DNA from: a virus
Taxonomy: Duplodnaviria; Caudoviricetes
Strand: one strand, 5' to 3'
DNA: 64,000 bases
Virus record (IMG/VR): IMGVR_UViG_3300028626_000002
Span: 1 to 64,000 of that record
Positions 19,564-29,884 of this stretch are shown one piece after another (the stretch's first letter is position 1; each line of letters opens with the position of its first letter). The notes under the pieces were generated by a model. That model saw nothing but the letters and a program-made list of their open reading frames with translations. It was not told where the DNA came from and did no database searches. The translations under genes and the position numbers were made by a program.

Positions 19564-22500
19564 CCCGGAGCGACACGGAAGACCTGGTGGTCAGCCTCTT
19601 CGAGGAGTACCGCCCCGGCGTTGACACCAGCGAGGGTTCCGATTTCCAGACGCTGTTCCTGCAGCCCTTGCTGGACAAGGTGGCGGTCGACGACACGACC
19701 GCCGACGCGTACGTGCTGGACAGGCTGGAGCAGGCCTTCCCGGACGTGGACTTCCGTTCCCGCGGTGGCGCTCTCGGGGACCTGTTCCGCAAGGCCCCCA
19801 GTGCCCTGCTCGACGGAGTCCTCCAGAACCTGCGCCTGCTGCGCCTGGAGCGCGCGGGTCTCTCCGACCCCTCGAGCCTGACGACCGACAGCGCCAACGA
19901 TCTGGCCGGCAACTTCTTCGTGAGTCGCGTGACGGCCGGCTACTCGCTGGTCGCCGTTCGCATGTACTTCTCCACCCCGATTCGCACGGTGCTGTTCACC
20001 GAGAACACGGCGCGCACGGCCGACGGCCTGCTCTTCATCCCGTCGACGGTCACCGAAATCTCGACGGACACGATGAAGCGCGACGGGTCGCTCTACTACA
20101 TCGACGTGCTGTTCGTGGCGCAGAAGCCCGGCACGGACTACGAGATCGACGCCAAGACCATCTTCACGGTGGACGGCGTGCCGGGGCTGGTCAAGGCCAC
20201 GAACCTCGCGCAGTCCACCCGCGTGAACGACGACGAGACCACGGAGGCCCTGGCCCAGCGGGTGCTCGACAGCATCACCGACCGCTCGCAGGTCATCAAG
20301 CGGGGCATCGCCACGGCCGTCACCGAGGCCATCCCGTCGGTGGCGCAGGCCCAGGTCATCGGGTTCAACGACCCCGAGATGCACCGGGACGTGCTCACCG
20401 CCGACATCGAGTGGCTCACCTCGGAGCGGCCCACCCAGCTGGTCGCAGCCGGAGGAGCTGCGTACCCCATCCCCTTGTTCTACAGCAGCCCCCCCTACTA
20501 CGCGTATTTCCCGTTCACCAACCAGGTCATCCTGGGCGGCTCGGTCGAGGTGGTCCCCGCCATCGGCGAACTCACCGACGACACCCTGACCATCCTCACC
20601 CCGCTCCCCCCGGACGGCAACTACGGCATGCAGCCCGTTGTCGTGACGAGATTGTTCGACGGGGAGACGTTCACGAGCCTGGTTCGGTTCTCCACGGGCC
20701 CGACCACGTTGGTGTTGACGGATGACCCCGGGTGGGCTCCTGGCGAGTCGGTGGTTGTCAGCCTCACCAGCGCCACCATGGCTGAAATCGTCACGTTCCA
20801 GAAGGACCCCGACAAGGCAGCCTACCTGACGTTCACCGACAACCTCGTCCTCCGGGACAGGGAAATCACCGGTACCTCCGAGTGGACCCCCATGCCCGGC
20901 ACGACGCTCCCGGTGCAGAACCTCGGGGACTTCTTCGTCGGGCACGCGCAGGACATCACCACCACCCACTACGCGGTCGACCCCGGGGACGGCGCCGACC
21001 TCATCCAGAGCCCCAAGGCGGAGTGGACGGGCGCCCCCATCTACACCAGCAGCCTCTACCTGGCATCCCCCGGCGACGAGCTGTTCTACTGGGAGACCCT
21101 CTGGAGCGCTGGCGGGGAGCACGCGGCTCTCGCGCAGTACGACACCGGCACGGGCCTCTGGCTGCAGAGCACCTTCAACGTCATCGCCTTCGGTGGGTCC
21201 ACCGCGCCCACCGAGGCCACCGTCGCCTCCCCGTACCTCGGTGACCCCCGCATCTGGGTGCGGGTGCCCGGGTACCTGCAGCTGATCACCGCGGGCGGGG
21301 CATCCCCGAACCTGACCCTCGTTCGCAAGACTGGCTCACCGCCTCGGTGGATGGAGTTCAGTGGGGCGCACGGCGTTCTGGAAGCTGTCCAGCTGCCCAG
21401 CGACCCGGGGTACACCTACATGCGCCTCGAGGACTTCCCGGCGTACGGGTTCGATGAGGGGTCGGCCACCCTCGACACCTACGGGTCCATCGGGTACACC
21501 GTCACCGCCGGCGACACCTACCTCTGGACCTACTGGGTCGCGGACACGGACCGCATGTTCCCGCCCTCCCCGCAGCGGGGTACGTCGCTGGTGCTCCACG
21601 CCACCGTGCTGCGGGCGTCCACGGACGTCGACAACTTCCTGACCCTCGACGAGCCTCTCAGCCACCGCGGGTGGGTGCTGCGGGAGGAGACCAGCAGCCA
21701 GATGAACTACGTGATCTCCGTGTCGCACGCGCCGGGTGGCATCCTGTTCCCGACCGTGCCGATCACCGAGGACTCCCCCGAGGGCCGCCTCTACTGCGAG
21801 CCCGACAGCGTGCACATCGGGGGCAAGACCGACGTCTACGTGGCGCTGCGCACCGACTACTACAACGTGGGAACGCAGATCAGCGAGACGCGGGACATTG
21901 CCCCGACGATCTCCGGCGAGGACGCCCAGATCGGTTACTACCTCGTCAACAGCGCCGAGTTCACCCCCAGCAACCTGGACGACGTGGTGTTCAAGTGCGC
22001 CACGCTGGCCGTGTACAACGAGCCCTCGTTCGTTCCGCACCGACTCATCGCCGGGGCCGCTGGCGCGGTGCTTCTCGACTACGCGGCCACCGACTACGCG
22101 GACCCGCCCGCGGCTCCCACGAGCTTCTACGTCAGCTCGCCGTACCTCACGTACGACCTGCTCAACCCGCGCATCGTGCGGACGAGCGGGTCCGACCTCG
22201 AGACCTTCGTGTTCAGTCGGGTCGTGCGGACGAGCGCGCCCCTGGACACCGTCGTGCCTCAGTCGTCCGCGGATGCCGGCGACGTGCTTCGCATCCTGAC
22301 GCAGGGGCAGAACACCGGGACCTACACCATCGTCGGGGTCAACACCACCGACAACACCCTGACGCTGGATCGTGAGCCACCCGTGGCGACGACGGACCAG
22401 TCGTTCGAGGTCTGCCGCACGTCGGCGAGCTTCCCGTTCCCGATCATGCGCTGCACCGACGTGCAGATGGCCGACGCCGGGGGCTCCCTGAGCATCCCCC

Positions 22501-24065
22501 ACGGCAAGCCCCTGGGCGTCATGGCCCACAGGGACTTCGTGGACGGCTGCGGCACGCTGCGGGTCTACTTCAAGGACCCGACGTTCTTCTACGCCAGGCA
22601 CGCGATCTTCCGCTCGAAGGGCCGCGACTACGTGTGCCCCACGAAGTCCACGCTCTACACCAGCTCGTCGCTGTTCGACGACACGTACGTGGTCGGCGGC
22701 ACCAGCACGCTGGTCATGAACAACGCGACCTCGGCGCAGAACTCGCTGCTGGCCAACGCAGCATTCCTGGGCGACGTGGATGTCGGCGGGGTGATCGAGA
22801 CCGGAGCGCACGCGCAGCTGCGCATCCTCTACCGGCCCATCTGTCTGCCCTACGTGAGCATGGCGACGGCCAAGGCCGGGGTGGTCGGGCTCAGCCTGCG
22901 TCTCCGAGTCGGTGTCGGCGGGCCGATGCGCACCCTGGTCTTCACGGGGGCCAACCCGCTGGACTTCGACGCCGTCGGCAGCCCTGGCGGCATCATCCAG
23001 CAGATCAACACGTTCTTCCCCGGGGTGACCGCGACCACCGAGACCAACGGCGGGTCGGTTCGTATCAAGCTCTGCAGCGACCAGCCCGTGGTCGTCGGGA
23101 ACGGCACGGCCAACGCCCTGCTGGGGCTCACGGAGGGTCAGGACAACACGGCGGTGAATGCCGGGCGCACTTTCGGCATCAGCACCTTGGCGCCCTACCC
23201 CGCCTGGAGCCCCACCGCCTGGGGCGGCGGCACCGAAATCACGGTGGCGGACGGAGTGCTGTTCGCCGACGAGGGCACCACCGGCATCGTGTTCGTCATC
23301 GAGGACGAGGGCCCCATCGTCTTCCCGTCCAGCATGCAGCTGGACCTCGAGACGGGCCTGTACTACGCCGAGGTCTACGTCACGCCGCACCCCGACCAGC
23401 TCGTGCCGGACAGCCCCGGCACCGACCTGGACGCCGTGCGGGACGACTCGTTCGAACTCCTCATGGACCCGTACGGCGGGGATGACGACGGGATGATCTA
23501 CTTCGGGTACCACCTGAGCAGCGAGGAGGAGTCCCTCACGTTCTCGCTGGCGGACAACCTGAAGCTGAAGGTCTCCGCCTGGTTCTTTGCGCCGGGGGCC
23601 ACCAACATCCTGAGCGACAAGCTCTACCCCGCCAGCCAGCAGCTGACGGTCTACTGCGACTACTGCCCGGCCACGTCCGCCACGCAGGAGTTGCTGGTGA
23701 ACAACGACTCCCGCATCGTGGTCGCCGACCCGTTGGCCAAGGCTGCGGTGCCGGTGTGGGTGCTGGGCGCCGTGATCTACTCGGGCGGCGAGGACGAGAC
23801 CACCACCTTGACTGCCCTCAAGGACTACGTGAGGACCAGGAGCTTCGGGCAGTACCTCGACATCTCGGGGGTGCGCAGCGTCTTCGAGAGGTACGGGGCT
23901 ACGGACTTCGCGGACCCGACGACGCTGGTGATGGTGAAGCAGGACCGGGGGCGGGAGTTCTCGATGGCGAGGCTGACGGACCGCTTCTACCCGGAGAGGA
24001 CGGCCCGGCTGATGCCGGAGACGTTGCCGTCGTGCAAGCTTCGCTCTGTGAGGTCTTCGCTGTAA
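19560..24065 (+). CDS. Baseplate J/gp6-like wedge protein with large insertions (1501 aa)
   Basis: N-terminal J-like region (D.LAGNFFVSR, A.KPG..Y, ETTEALAQR), GGKTDVYV, C-terminal wedge-like region. Confidence 0.75.
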   Translation: MTRSDTEDLVVSLFEEYRPGVDTSEGSDFQTLFLQPLLDKVAVDDTTADAYVLDRLEQAFPDVDFRSRGGALGDLFRKAPSALLDGVLQNLRLLRLERAGLSDPSSLTTDSANDLAGNFFVSRVTAGYSLVAVRMYFSTPIRTVLFTENTARTADGLLFIPSTVTEISTDTMKRDGSLYYIDVLFVAQKPGTDYEIDAKTIFTVDGVPGLVKATNLAQSTRVNDDETTEALAQRVLDSITDRSQVIKRGIATAVTEAIPSVAQAQVIGFNDPEMHRDVLTADIEWLTSERPTQLVAAGGAAYPIPLFYSSPPYYAYFPFTNQVILGGSVEVVPAIGELTDDTLTILTPLPPDGNYGMQPVVVTRLFDGETFTSLVRFSTGPTTLVLTDDPGWAPGESVVVSLTSATMAEIVTFQKDPDKAAYLTFTDNLVLRDREITGTSEWTPMPGTTLPVQNLGDFFVGHAQDITTTHYAVDPGDGADLIQSPKAEWTGAPIYTSSLYLASPGDELFYWETLWSAGGEHAALAQYDTGTGLWLQSTFNVIAFGGSTAPTEATVASPYLGDPRIWVRVPGYLQLITAGGASPNLTLVRKTGSPPRWMEFSGAHGVLEAVQLPSDPGYTYMRLEDFPAYGFDEGSATLDTYGSIGYTVTAGDTYLWTYWVADTDRMFPPSPQRGTSLVLHATVLRASTDVDNFLTLDEPLSHRGWVLREETSSQMNYVISVSHAPGGILFPTVPITEDSPEGRLYCEPDSVHIGGKTDVYVALRTDYYNVGTQISETRDIAPTISGEDAQIGYYLVNSAEFTPSNLDDVVFKCATLAVYNEPSFVPHRLIAGAAGAVLLDYAATDYADPPAAPTSFYVSSPYLTYDLLNPRIVRTSGSDLETFVFSRVVRTSAPLDTVVPQSSADAGDVLRILTQGQNTGTYTIVGVNTTDNTLTLDREPPVATTDQSFEVCRTSASFPFPIMRCTDVQMADAGGSLSIPHGKPLGVMAHRDFVDGCGTLRVYFKDPTFFYARHAIFRSKGRDYVCPTKSTLYTSSSLFDDTYVVGGTSTLVMNNATSAQNSLLANAAFLGDVDVGGVIETGAHAQLRILYRPICLPYVSMATAKAGVVGLSLRLRVGVGGPMRTLVFTGANPLDFDAVGSPGGIIQQINTFFPGVTATTETNGGSVRIKLCSDQPVVVGNGTANALLGLTEGQDNTAVNAGRTFGISTLAPYPAWSPTAWGGGTEITVADGVLFADEGTTGIVFVIEDEGPIVFPSSMQLDLETGLYYAEVYVTPHPDQLVPDSPGTDLDAVRDDSFELLMDPYGGDDDGMIYFGYHLSSEEESLTFSLADNLKLKVSAWFFAPGATNILSDKLYPASQQLTVYCDYCPATSATQELLVNNDSRIVVADPLAKAAVPVWVLGAVIYSGGEDETTTLTALKDYVRTRSFGQYLDISGVRSVFERYGATDFADPTTLVMVKQDRGREFSMARLTDRFYPERTARLMPETLPSCKLRSVRSSL

Positions 24066-24153
24066 TGTAGGGGGTGAGGATGCGGAGGACGTCCTCCTCA
24101 TCCATGGCCAAAACGGTGGGTGTGGGCGTGCCAGCCATGCCGAGGATTGTAGC

Positions 24154-27100
24154 ATGATTCCGTTCTCCGAAGGCGGCGACTGGGACCTGCTGGACTGGAC
24201 GTCCACCGGTACGCCCATCGACGACCCCACTCGGGGTTTCATCGCGCAGATCGGCTCGGTCGCGACTGCCAGCCGCCCCGGGCTGATCACCCCTGGGGCC
24301 GGGAGCGTGACCCTCCTGAGCGAGGACGGGCTGCTGACCGATTACGTCCTCTCCCTCACGGTGCCCGAGAGCTTCACCTTCGAGTTCACGGCGGCCATCA
24401 CGGCCCCGAGTGGTGCGTTTGCTGGCAGCGGGTTGCTCATGTCCCTCGGCGCGCAGGACCGCGGCGGTCACGCAGGGCTGCTGTTCTTCAGCGGCTCCGA
24501 CGACCGGGCCTACCTGCAGACCCCGCCCAGCGGTACGCAGGTCGACCTCGGAGACGCGGCCACGGCGATGCACGCCGGCGCCTCCGTGACTTTCCGCATG
24601 GTCGTGAACGGCACGACGCGCGTGATGGACGTCTACGCCACGGCCACGTCCGAGATCCCCACCCACGGGCACAAGTACCGCGGCACCTTCGTGGCGGTGA
24701 CCGCCGACGCTGCGATGGACTTCCTGTCCGTCTACGCCAAGGGCATCGCCGGAAACCCCGCCCGCGTCACGATCTACTCCATGGGGCTGTCCCGGAAGCT
24801 CTTGAACACGGTCCGCCTCAGCAGGGCGGTCATCTCCGCACAGCAGGCCGCGGGCATCAACGAGCGGGTGGTCCTGAACGGCCTCTCCAGCATCGACTAC
24901 AACGGCCTGCCGCTGTCCTATTCCTGGCGGGTCATCGACCAGCCCTCCGGCTCCAACGTCGTCCTCCCCGGCATGCGGCGGGCCACGGTTGACGTGGACC
25001 CGGTGAGGTTCACCGCCCGGGCCACCGCGAACCTCGGCAACGGCATGCAGGTCTGGTTCGACAGCGGCGGGCCTGAGCTGAAGCTGGCGCACGCCCGGGT
25101 CAGCGGGGTCGACCGCATCGTCATCACCCCGAAGCTCGAGAGCGGCTTGCCGGTCAGTCTGGTCCGGGATCTGCTGGACGCGCTGTCCAACCGCTCGAAC
25201 CCGGCGTACAACACCGTGGTGTCCACCCTCATCACCGCCGCGCCGCTCATCCCCGGCGACCTGCTGGCCGGCCTGCCGGTCAACGATATCGACAACGTCA
25301 TGTCCGGGGGCACGTGGTCCACCCTGCCCATCGTGTCGTTCGTGCCCAGCGTGCCGGGGAGCTACCAGTTCGGCCTGACGGTCAACAACGGCGTGCTGTC
25401 CTCTCTGGAGGCCGTGACGGACATCCAGGTGACGGGGGCCAGCCTGTTGACCGGGTACACCCCGGACGCGTCGTACCTCTGGACCTACCTGTCGGATGTC
25501 TGGGGGATGGTGCGGGGCAAGGGGGAGGTCACGACTTTCTGGTCGTCCCTCATTCAGCGAGTGGCCGCGCACCTCATCGACGTGCTGCAGGCCATGGACG
25601 AGCGGTCCATCGCGACCTTCCCGTCCAAGCTCCTGAAGCGCTGGGAGCCCATCACGCTCCGCGAGGCTCTCCCGCCCTCCACCCTCGTCTCGAACCCGTT
25701 CGAGGACTACTCGTACTCTGTCCAGCCGTACGGGTACACCGGGCACGAGGAGGTCACGGACAAGTTCACCCACAACCTGCCCAGCGTGAACTTCACCGTG
25801 GGCAGCAAGTTGGCCTGGAACGGCCACGCCCTGACGGTCATCGACATCCATGATGACCCTGGCCAGACGCAGCGGCTGTACCAGGTGGACCAGAACGTCC
25901 TCCCGGTCTACGTGGTCATCGCGGCGGGCAACGGCGCCCAGGCAGTGGACAACTTCGGGAACGAGACTTACACCAGCCACATCGGCAAGAGCCCCATCAT
26001 CGAGGCCCGAGCCGACTTGTTCGGCGTGCCGTCCGGCACGGCCTACATCGACTTCGACGGCATGCTCCGCGAGATCGCCACCATCACGGCGGACGAGCTG
26101 CGCCTGGCGAACGTGTCCGAGTACGTGCCGGTGGCCAAGGCCCACAGCCCGTACTGGACCCCGCTGAACCTGAAGTCCGTGCTGTTCGTGGCAAAGGCCG
26201 ACGGCACCGCCGGCGAGGGGATCACGGCAACGCCCATCACGGTGACCCGCGGCACCTCCACCGACACCTACACCCTCGGCTCGCGCCTGTACTCGTTCCT
26301 CTCCGGCGGCCTGCCGATCTTCGACTTCGTGGCCGCCGGCATCATGCCGGGGGACAGCGTGTGGCTCAACGCCGGTGCGTCCGAGGAGTGCCGCATCGTC
26401 CAGGTGTTCCCCGACTTCCTGGGGCTGGACGCGGAGCCTACGGACCAGGGCCCCATCACGACCGCCACGTTCTACGCCGAGCCGGGGCGCATGTGGGTGC
26501 TGCCGAACTCCAAGGCCATCCAGTACTACCGTGGGCACCACCTCCCGACCATCTCGGAGGTCTGCAACGCCATCAACGACCCGGGGGATGCCCGGTACTG
26601 CCCGGCCGCCGGCGTGCTCGTGACCGCCTACGGCAAGCCTGGGCTCGAGGCCGATGTCATCCCGAACGACATCTTCACGACGTCCGACAGCTACGAGGCG
26701 AGGAGCCTGCCCTGGCGGCTGCTGCAGGAAGCCGGACCGCAGACCGTGACGATGGCCAACGAGGTCGTGTTCGCAGAGCCCTGGGAGGGGCTGCCCGCCG
26801 ACGTGGCGCGCCCGGTCGACTTCGTGGAGTACACCAGCGACCACATCAAGGTGGCCGTGGCCAACGTCCTGGGCTTCTCCTCCGGTCGGCTCCTCGTGGG
26901 CCCGCCCACGGTCGACAGGCGCACTCCGATCACGGGCGACTGCCAGGTCAACTACAAGTTCGTGCTGACCGACAGCAGCGCGTTCTTCCAGGGCAACGGG
27001 GTGGTCGCCGGGGACACCGTAGTTCTGCGGGTCGGCAGCCTGGCCCCGGCGCAGGCCTACGTCGTCGAGGTGCTCAGCGAGACCCAGCTGCAGCTCGCGA

Positions 27101-29877
27101 GCGACACGGCGCTGCCGCCGCGCACGACGGTGGCCGCGCACTACAGCGTCGGCAGCGTGCTGCTCCCCTCCGACGCAGTGGCCGAGAGCCTCGTGCACAC
27201 CGGCGCCGTTCCCGTGGACGCCACCGTCGCGTCCATGCCCTACCTGCAGCAGCAGCTCGTGGTCGACCCCGCGCTGCTCAACGTCCAGAAGGACCCGGCG
27301 AACCCCACCACCCCGTACGATCCCCGGCTGTACGAGGGCATCGACTTCTACATCGGCGACGGCTGGCTGACGTTCACCCCACTGCTCGGCACCACCGACG
27401 CGAAGGGTCCGAGCGGCGTGGACTTCCCGGACAGGCTGTGGGCGGAGGTCGTGTTCTACGATAACCGCGAGACCCTCGACAACAACTTCGGCGTGGTCGT
27501 CGGTCTCCCGAGGAGTGCCTTCGAGGAGGCCGCGGCGAGCACCTCGTACCTCTCGGCCATCCGTGGGCTGATGTTCGTGCTGTTCCGCGGGCCGACCATG
27601 ACCAACTTGCGCATCGGCGGGCAGATCTTCTGCAACCTGCCGTTCGCCGAGGCCGTCGGCGTCGTCCTGGACATCGACATCGACTTCGACCTGGTCAACG
27701 GCCTCTCCCGCATCGCGGTGCAGGACTGGGGCGGCGCCACCGACGCCAACGGCCGGCCGCTCGTGGCCCAGGACGCGCTCATCCGGTACTACACGTTCCC
27801 GACGTACTTGGGGGTGGAGGTCAACCCCAGCACCGGGGCCCTGCTGGCGGTGGGCGACACCGTCTCGCAGTTCCAGCCGCTCTGCAAGGGCGTGCAGATC
27901 CAGGACTACATCTCGGACCCCAACTGGTTCCACGGCATGCAGTTCCTGGACAGGGCCGCCACCGCGCCCACGCAGCTGCTGTACGTCACCACCTCGTTCA
28001 GCCAGACGTCCGAGCCGTACGGGTACGCCTACCCCACCTTGAACGCGCAGTCGCTCATCGCCACCGTCGACGACAGCGTGGCGGGGTACTGCCTGGACCA
28101 CGTGGACATCCACCTCACGTCGTTCCCCGGCACGGGGCTGACCGTGCAGGCGTGGGTACTGCCCCTGGGGGAGACCCTCCCCGTCAGCGCAAGCGCCCTG
28201 ACGGAGGTGACCTCCGCCAACTCGACGCTGGGGCTGTTGTTCTACCCGCGGCGGCTCGAGCCGGGCGACTCGTTCTACCTCGAGTTCTCGACGACGGGTG
28301 GCCTGCGCACCCTCACTGGGTCCGCCGACCTGTGGCTGCGTCCCATGGTGCCGCCGGCCGACTACGCCGTCGCCAGTGCGTTCAACGAGGTGCAGAAGTA
28401 CCACGTCTTCCAGGTGCGCGTGGACAGCGGACTGCTCACGGAGCAGACGAGCGAGCTGCTGACCACGTTCGTGAAGACGGTGAAGCCGGCCCACACGGAG
28501 GTTGCCGTCTGCGTCACGCACGGGACCAGCGACGAGATCGACCTCACCCTCGAGATGTCCTCGGCGGTGCACGTCTACTTCCGCGACGACCGGTACACCT
28601 GCGAGGATGCAGCTCCGCCCAGCCCCACGACGGCCGGCTACGCCCACCTGAACGACCACTACGACGGCGCCGCCCGGTTGCCCGTGCAGCACGACGGGTC
28701 CAGCGGGGAGCTGCCGTTCAGCTGGACGCGTGCGTACGGCACCGGCACGACGGCCGCGTCCGTGCTCACCGACACCGTCGCGTCGTTCATCAGCAACGGG
28801 GTGAAGGTCGGGGACATCGTCTTCGCATGGGACGTCGCGGGGAACTACGAGTACTTCTCCATCGTCTCGTTCACCCAGACCACCCTGACGGTCAACGGCT
28901 CCTTCACCATCGCGGCGCCCGCGTACGACGTCGGCCCCAAGGTCTCCGGACCGCCCACCGTGGTCGACGCGCACCTGAGGGGGATGCACCGCACCCTGCT
29001 GGCCAACGCCGGGCGGCAGTTCGACTACGTCTGCGACGCCGTAGGCCGCGGCCACGCGTACAAGAACCGGCAGAAGAACTACTACGACCGCTTGCTGCAG
29101 CTCGGACCCGAGTGCCTGGTGGACGCCCGGGTGTGCACGTACATCACCGGGGACGATGTGTACCCCACCGTGCGCTTGACTTCGAGCGGGGTGCTGCTCG
29201 GCAACGTCATCACTGACGCCGCCGTGGACTTCCTGGACGGCCTCGGGAACTACATCCAGGACGCTCGCCCGGGCTGCTTCGTGTACCTCGACCCGGACGG
29301 GGCCCCTGAGTGGATCGAGATCGACTCGGTGGGGCTGCACACCATCACGTTGGTGAGCGCGCCCGTGCACGCCCCCGGCATGGTCGACTACCGAGTCCTG
29401 CCGAGGCTCGGGGGCATCCAGGCCGGCATCGACCGCATCAAGGCCTACTCGGTGCCGCTGGGCGAGTTCCCGCGGTACGACACCATCTTCCACTACGACC
29501 ACCTGAAGCGGTACCCGGGCAGCCGGTTGAACCCGGACGACTACCCGAACTGGAAGGGGCCGCGGCCGGTGGTGGAGTTCTTGCTCAACAGCATCCCGGA
29601 CTTCGACACCGGCTTCTACGTCTGGAGCGACGTGAAGGTCTCGGACTTCACCGGCGAGACGCCCCCGTACTTCGACAGGGACCCGCCCGGCCCCGGTGTT
29701 GATGTGCCGGTGAACGACAGGCTGGAGCCGCGGTGGGAGTACAACCCGCTCACGGCCACGGTGCTGAGCGGGGTCGTGGCTTGCTCCATCGAGCCGCTGT
29801 CCAAGGAGAGGGCGCCGCAGTCCGGCATCAGCAAGTACCCGGCGCCGCTGCCGCTCGAGATCGAGCTGGGGACGTGA
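24154..29877 (+). CDS. Large baseplate/tail protein with PKD-like domain (1907 aa)
   Basis: PKD-like VVLNGLSSID.NG.PLSYSW...P.GS / F.P.VPGSYQFGLTVNNG; gp7/tail-I-like GPT..NL and VKPAHT motifs. Confidence 0.72.
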   Translation: MIPFSEGGDWDLLDWTSTGTPIDDPTRGFIAQIGSVATASRPGLITPGAGSVTLLSEDGLLTDYVLSLTVPESFTFEFTAAITAPSGAFAGSGLLMSLGAQDRGGHAGLLFFSGSDDRAYLQTPPSGTQVDLGDAATAMHAGASVTFRMVVNGTTRVMDVYATATSEIPTHGHKYRGTFVAVTADAAMDFLSVYAKGIAGNPARVTIYSMGLSRKLLNTVRLSRAVISAQQAAGINERVVLNGLSSIDYNGLPLSYSWRVIDQPSGSNVVLPGMRRATVDVDPVRFTARATANLGNGMQVWFDSGGPELKLAHARVSGVDRIVITPKLESGLPVSLVRDLLDALSNRSNPAYNTVVSTLITAAPLIPGDLLAGLPVNDIDNVMSGGTWSTLPIVSFVPSVPGSYQFGLTVNNGVLSSLEAVTDIQVTGASLLTGYTPDASYLWTYLSDVWGMVRGKGEVTTFWSSLIQRVAAHLIDVLQAMDERSIATFPSKLLKRWEPITLREALPPSTLVSNPFEDYSYSVQPYGYTGHEEVTDKFTHNLPSVNFTVGSKLAWNGHALTVIDIHDDPGQTQRLYQVDQNVLPVYVVIAAGNGAQAVDNFGNETYTSHIGKSPIIEARADLFGVPSGTAYIDFDGMLREIATITADELRLANVSEYVPVAKAHSPYWTPLNLKSVLFVAKADGTAGEGITATPITVTRGTSTDTYTLGSRLYSFLSGGLPIFDFVAAGIMPGDSVWLNAGASEECRIVQVFPDFLGLDAEPTDQGPITTATFYAEPGRMWVLPNSKAIQYYRGHHLPTISEVCNAINDPGDARYCPAAGVLVTAYGKPGLEADVIPNDIFTTSDSYEARSLPWRLLQEAGPQTVTMANEVVFAEPWEGLPADVARPVDFVEYTSDHIKVAVANVLGFSSGRLLVGPPTVDRRTPITGDCQVNYKFVLTDSSAFFQGNGVVAGDTVVLRVGSLAPAQAYVVEVLSETQLQLASDTALPPRTTVAAHYSVGSVLLPSDAVAESLVHTGAVPVDATVASMPYLQQQLVVDPALLNVQKDPANPTTPYDPRLYEGIDFYIGDGWLTFTPLLGTTDAKGPSGVDFPDRLWAEVVFYDNRETLDNNFGVVVGLPRSAFEEAAASTSYLSAIRGLMFVLFRGPTMTNLRIGGQIFCNLPFAEAVGVVLDIDIDFDLVNGLSRIAVQDWGGATDANGRPLVAQDALIRYYTFPTYLGVEVNPSTGALLAVGDTVSQFQPLCKGVQIQDYISDPNWFHGMQFLDRAATAPTQLLYVTTSFSQTSEPYGYAYPTLNAQSLIATVDDSVAGYCLDHVDIHLTSFPGTGLTVQAWVLPLGETLPVSASALTEVTSANSTLGLLFYPRRLEPGDSFYLEFSTTGGLRTLTGSADLWLRPMVPPADYAVASAFNEVQKYHVFQVRVDSGLLTEQTSELLTTFVKTVKPAHTEVAVCVTHGTSDEIDLTLEMSSAVHVYFRDDRYTCEDAAPPSPTTAGYAHLNDHYDGAARLPVQHDGSSGELPFSWTRAYGTGTTAASVLTDTVASFISNGVKVGDIVFAWDVAGNYEYFSIVSFTQTTLTVNGSFTIAAPAYDVGPKVSGPPTVVDAHLRGMHRTLLANAGRQFDYVCDAVGRGHAYKNRQKNYYDRLLQLGPECLVDARVCTYITGDDVYPTVRLTSSGVLLGNVITDAAVDFLDGLGNYIQDARPGCFVYLDPDGAPEWIEIDSVGLHTITLVSAPVHAPGMVDYRVLPRLGGIQAGIDRIKAYSVPLGEFPRYDTIFHYDHLKRYPGSRLNPDDYPNWKGPRPVVEFLLNSIPDFDTGFYVWSDVKVSDFTGETPPYFDRDPPGPGVDVPVNDRLEPRWEYNPLTATVLSGVVACSIEPLSKERAPQSGISKYPAPLPLEIELGT

Positions 29878-29884
29878 GGTAGGG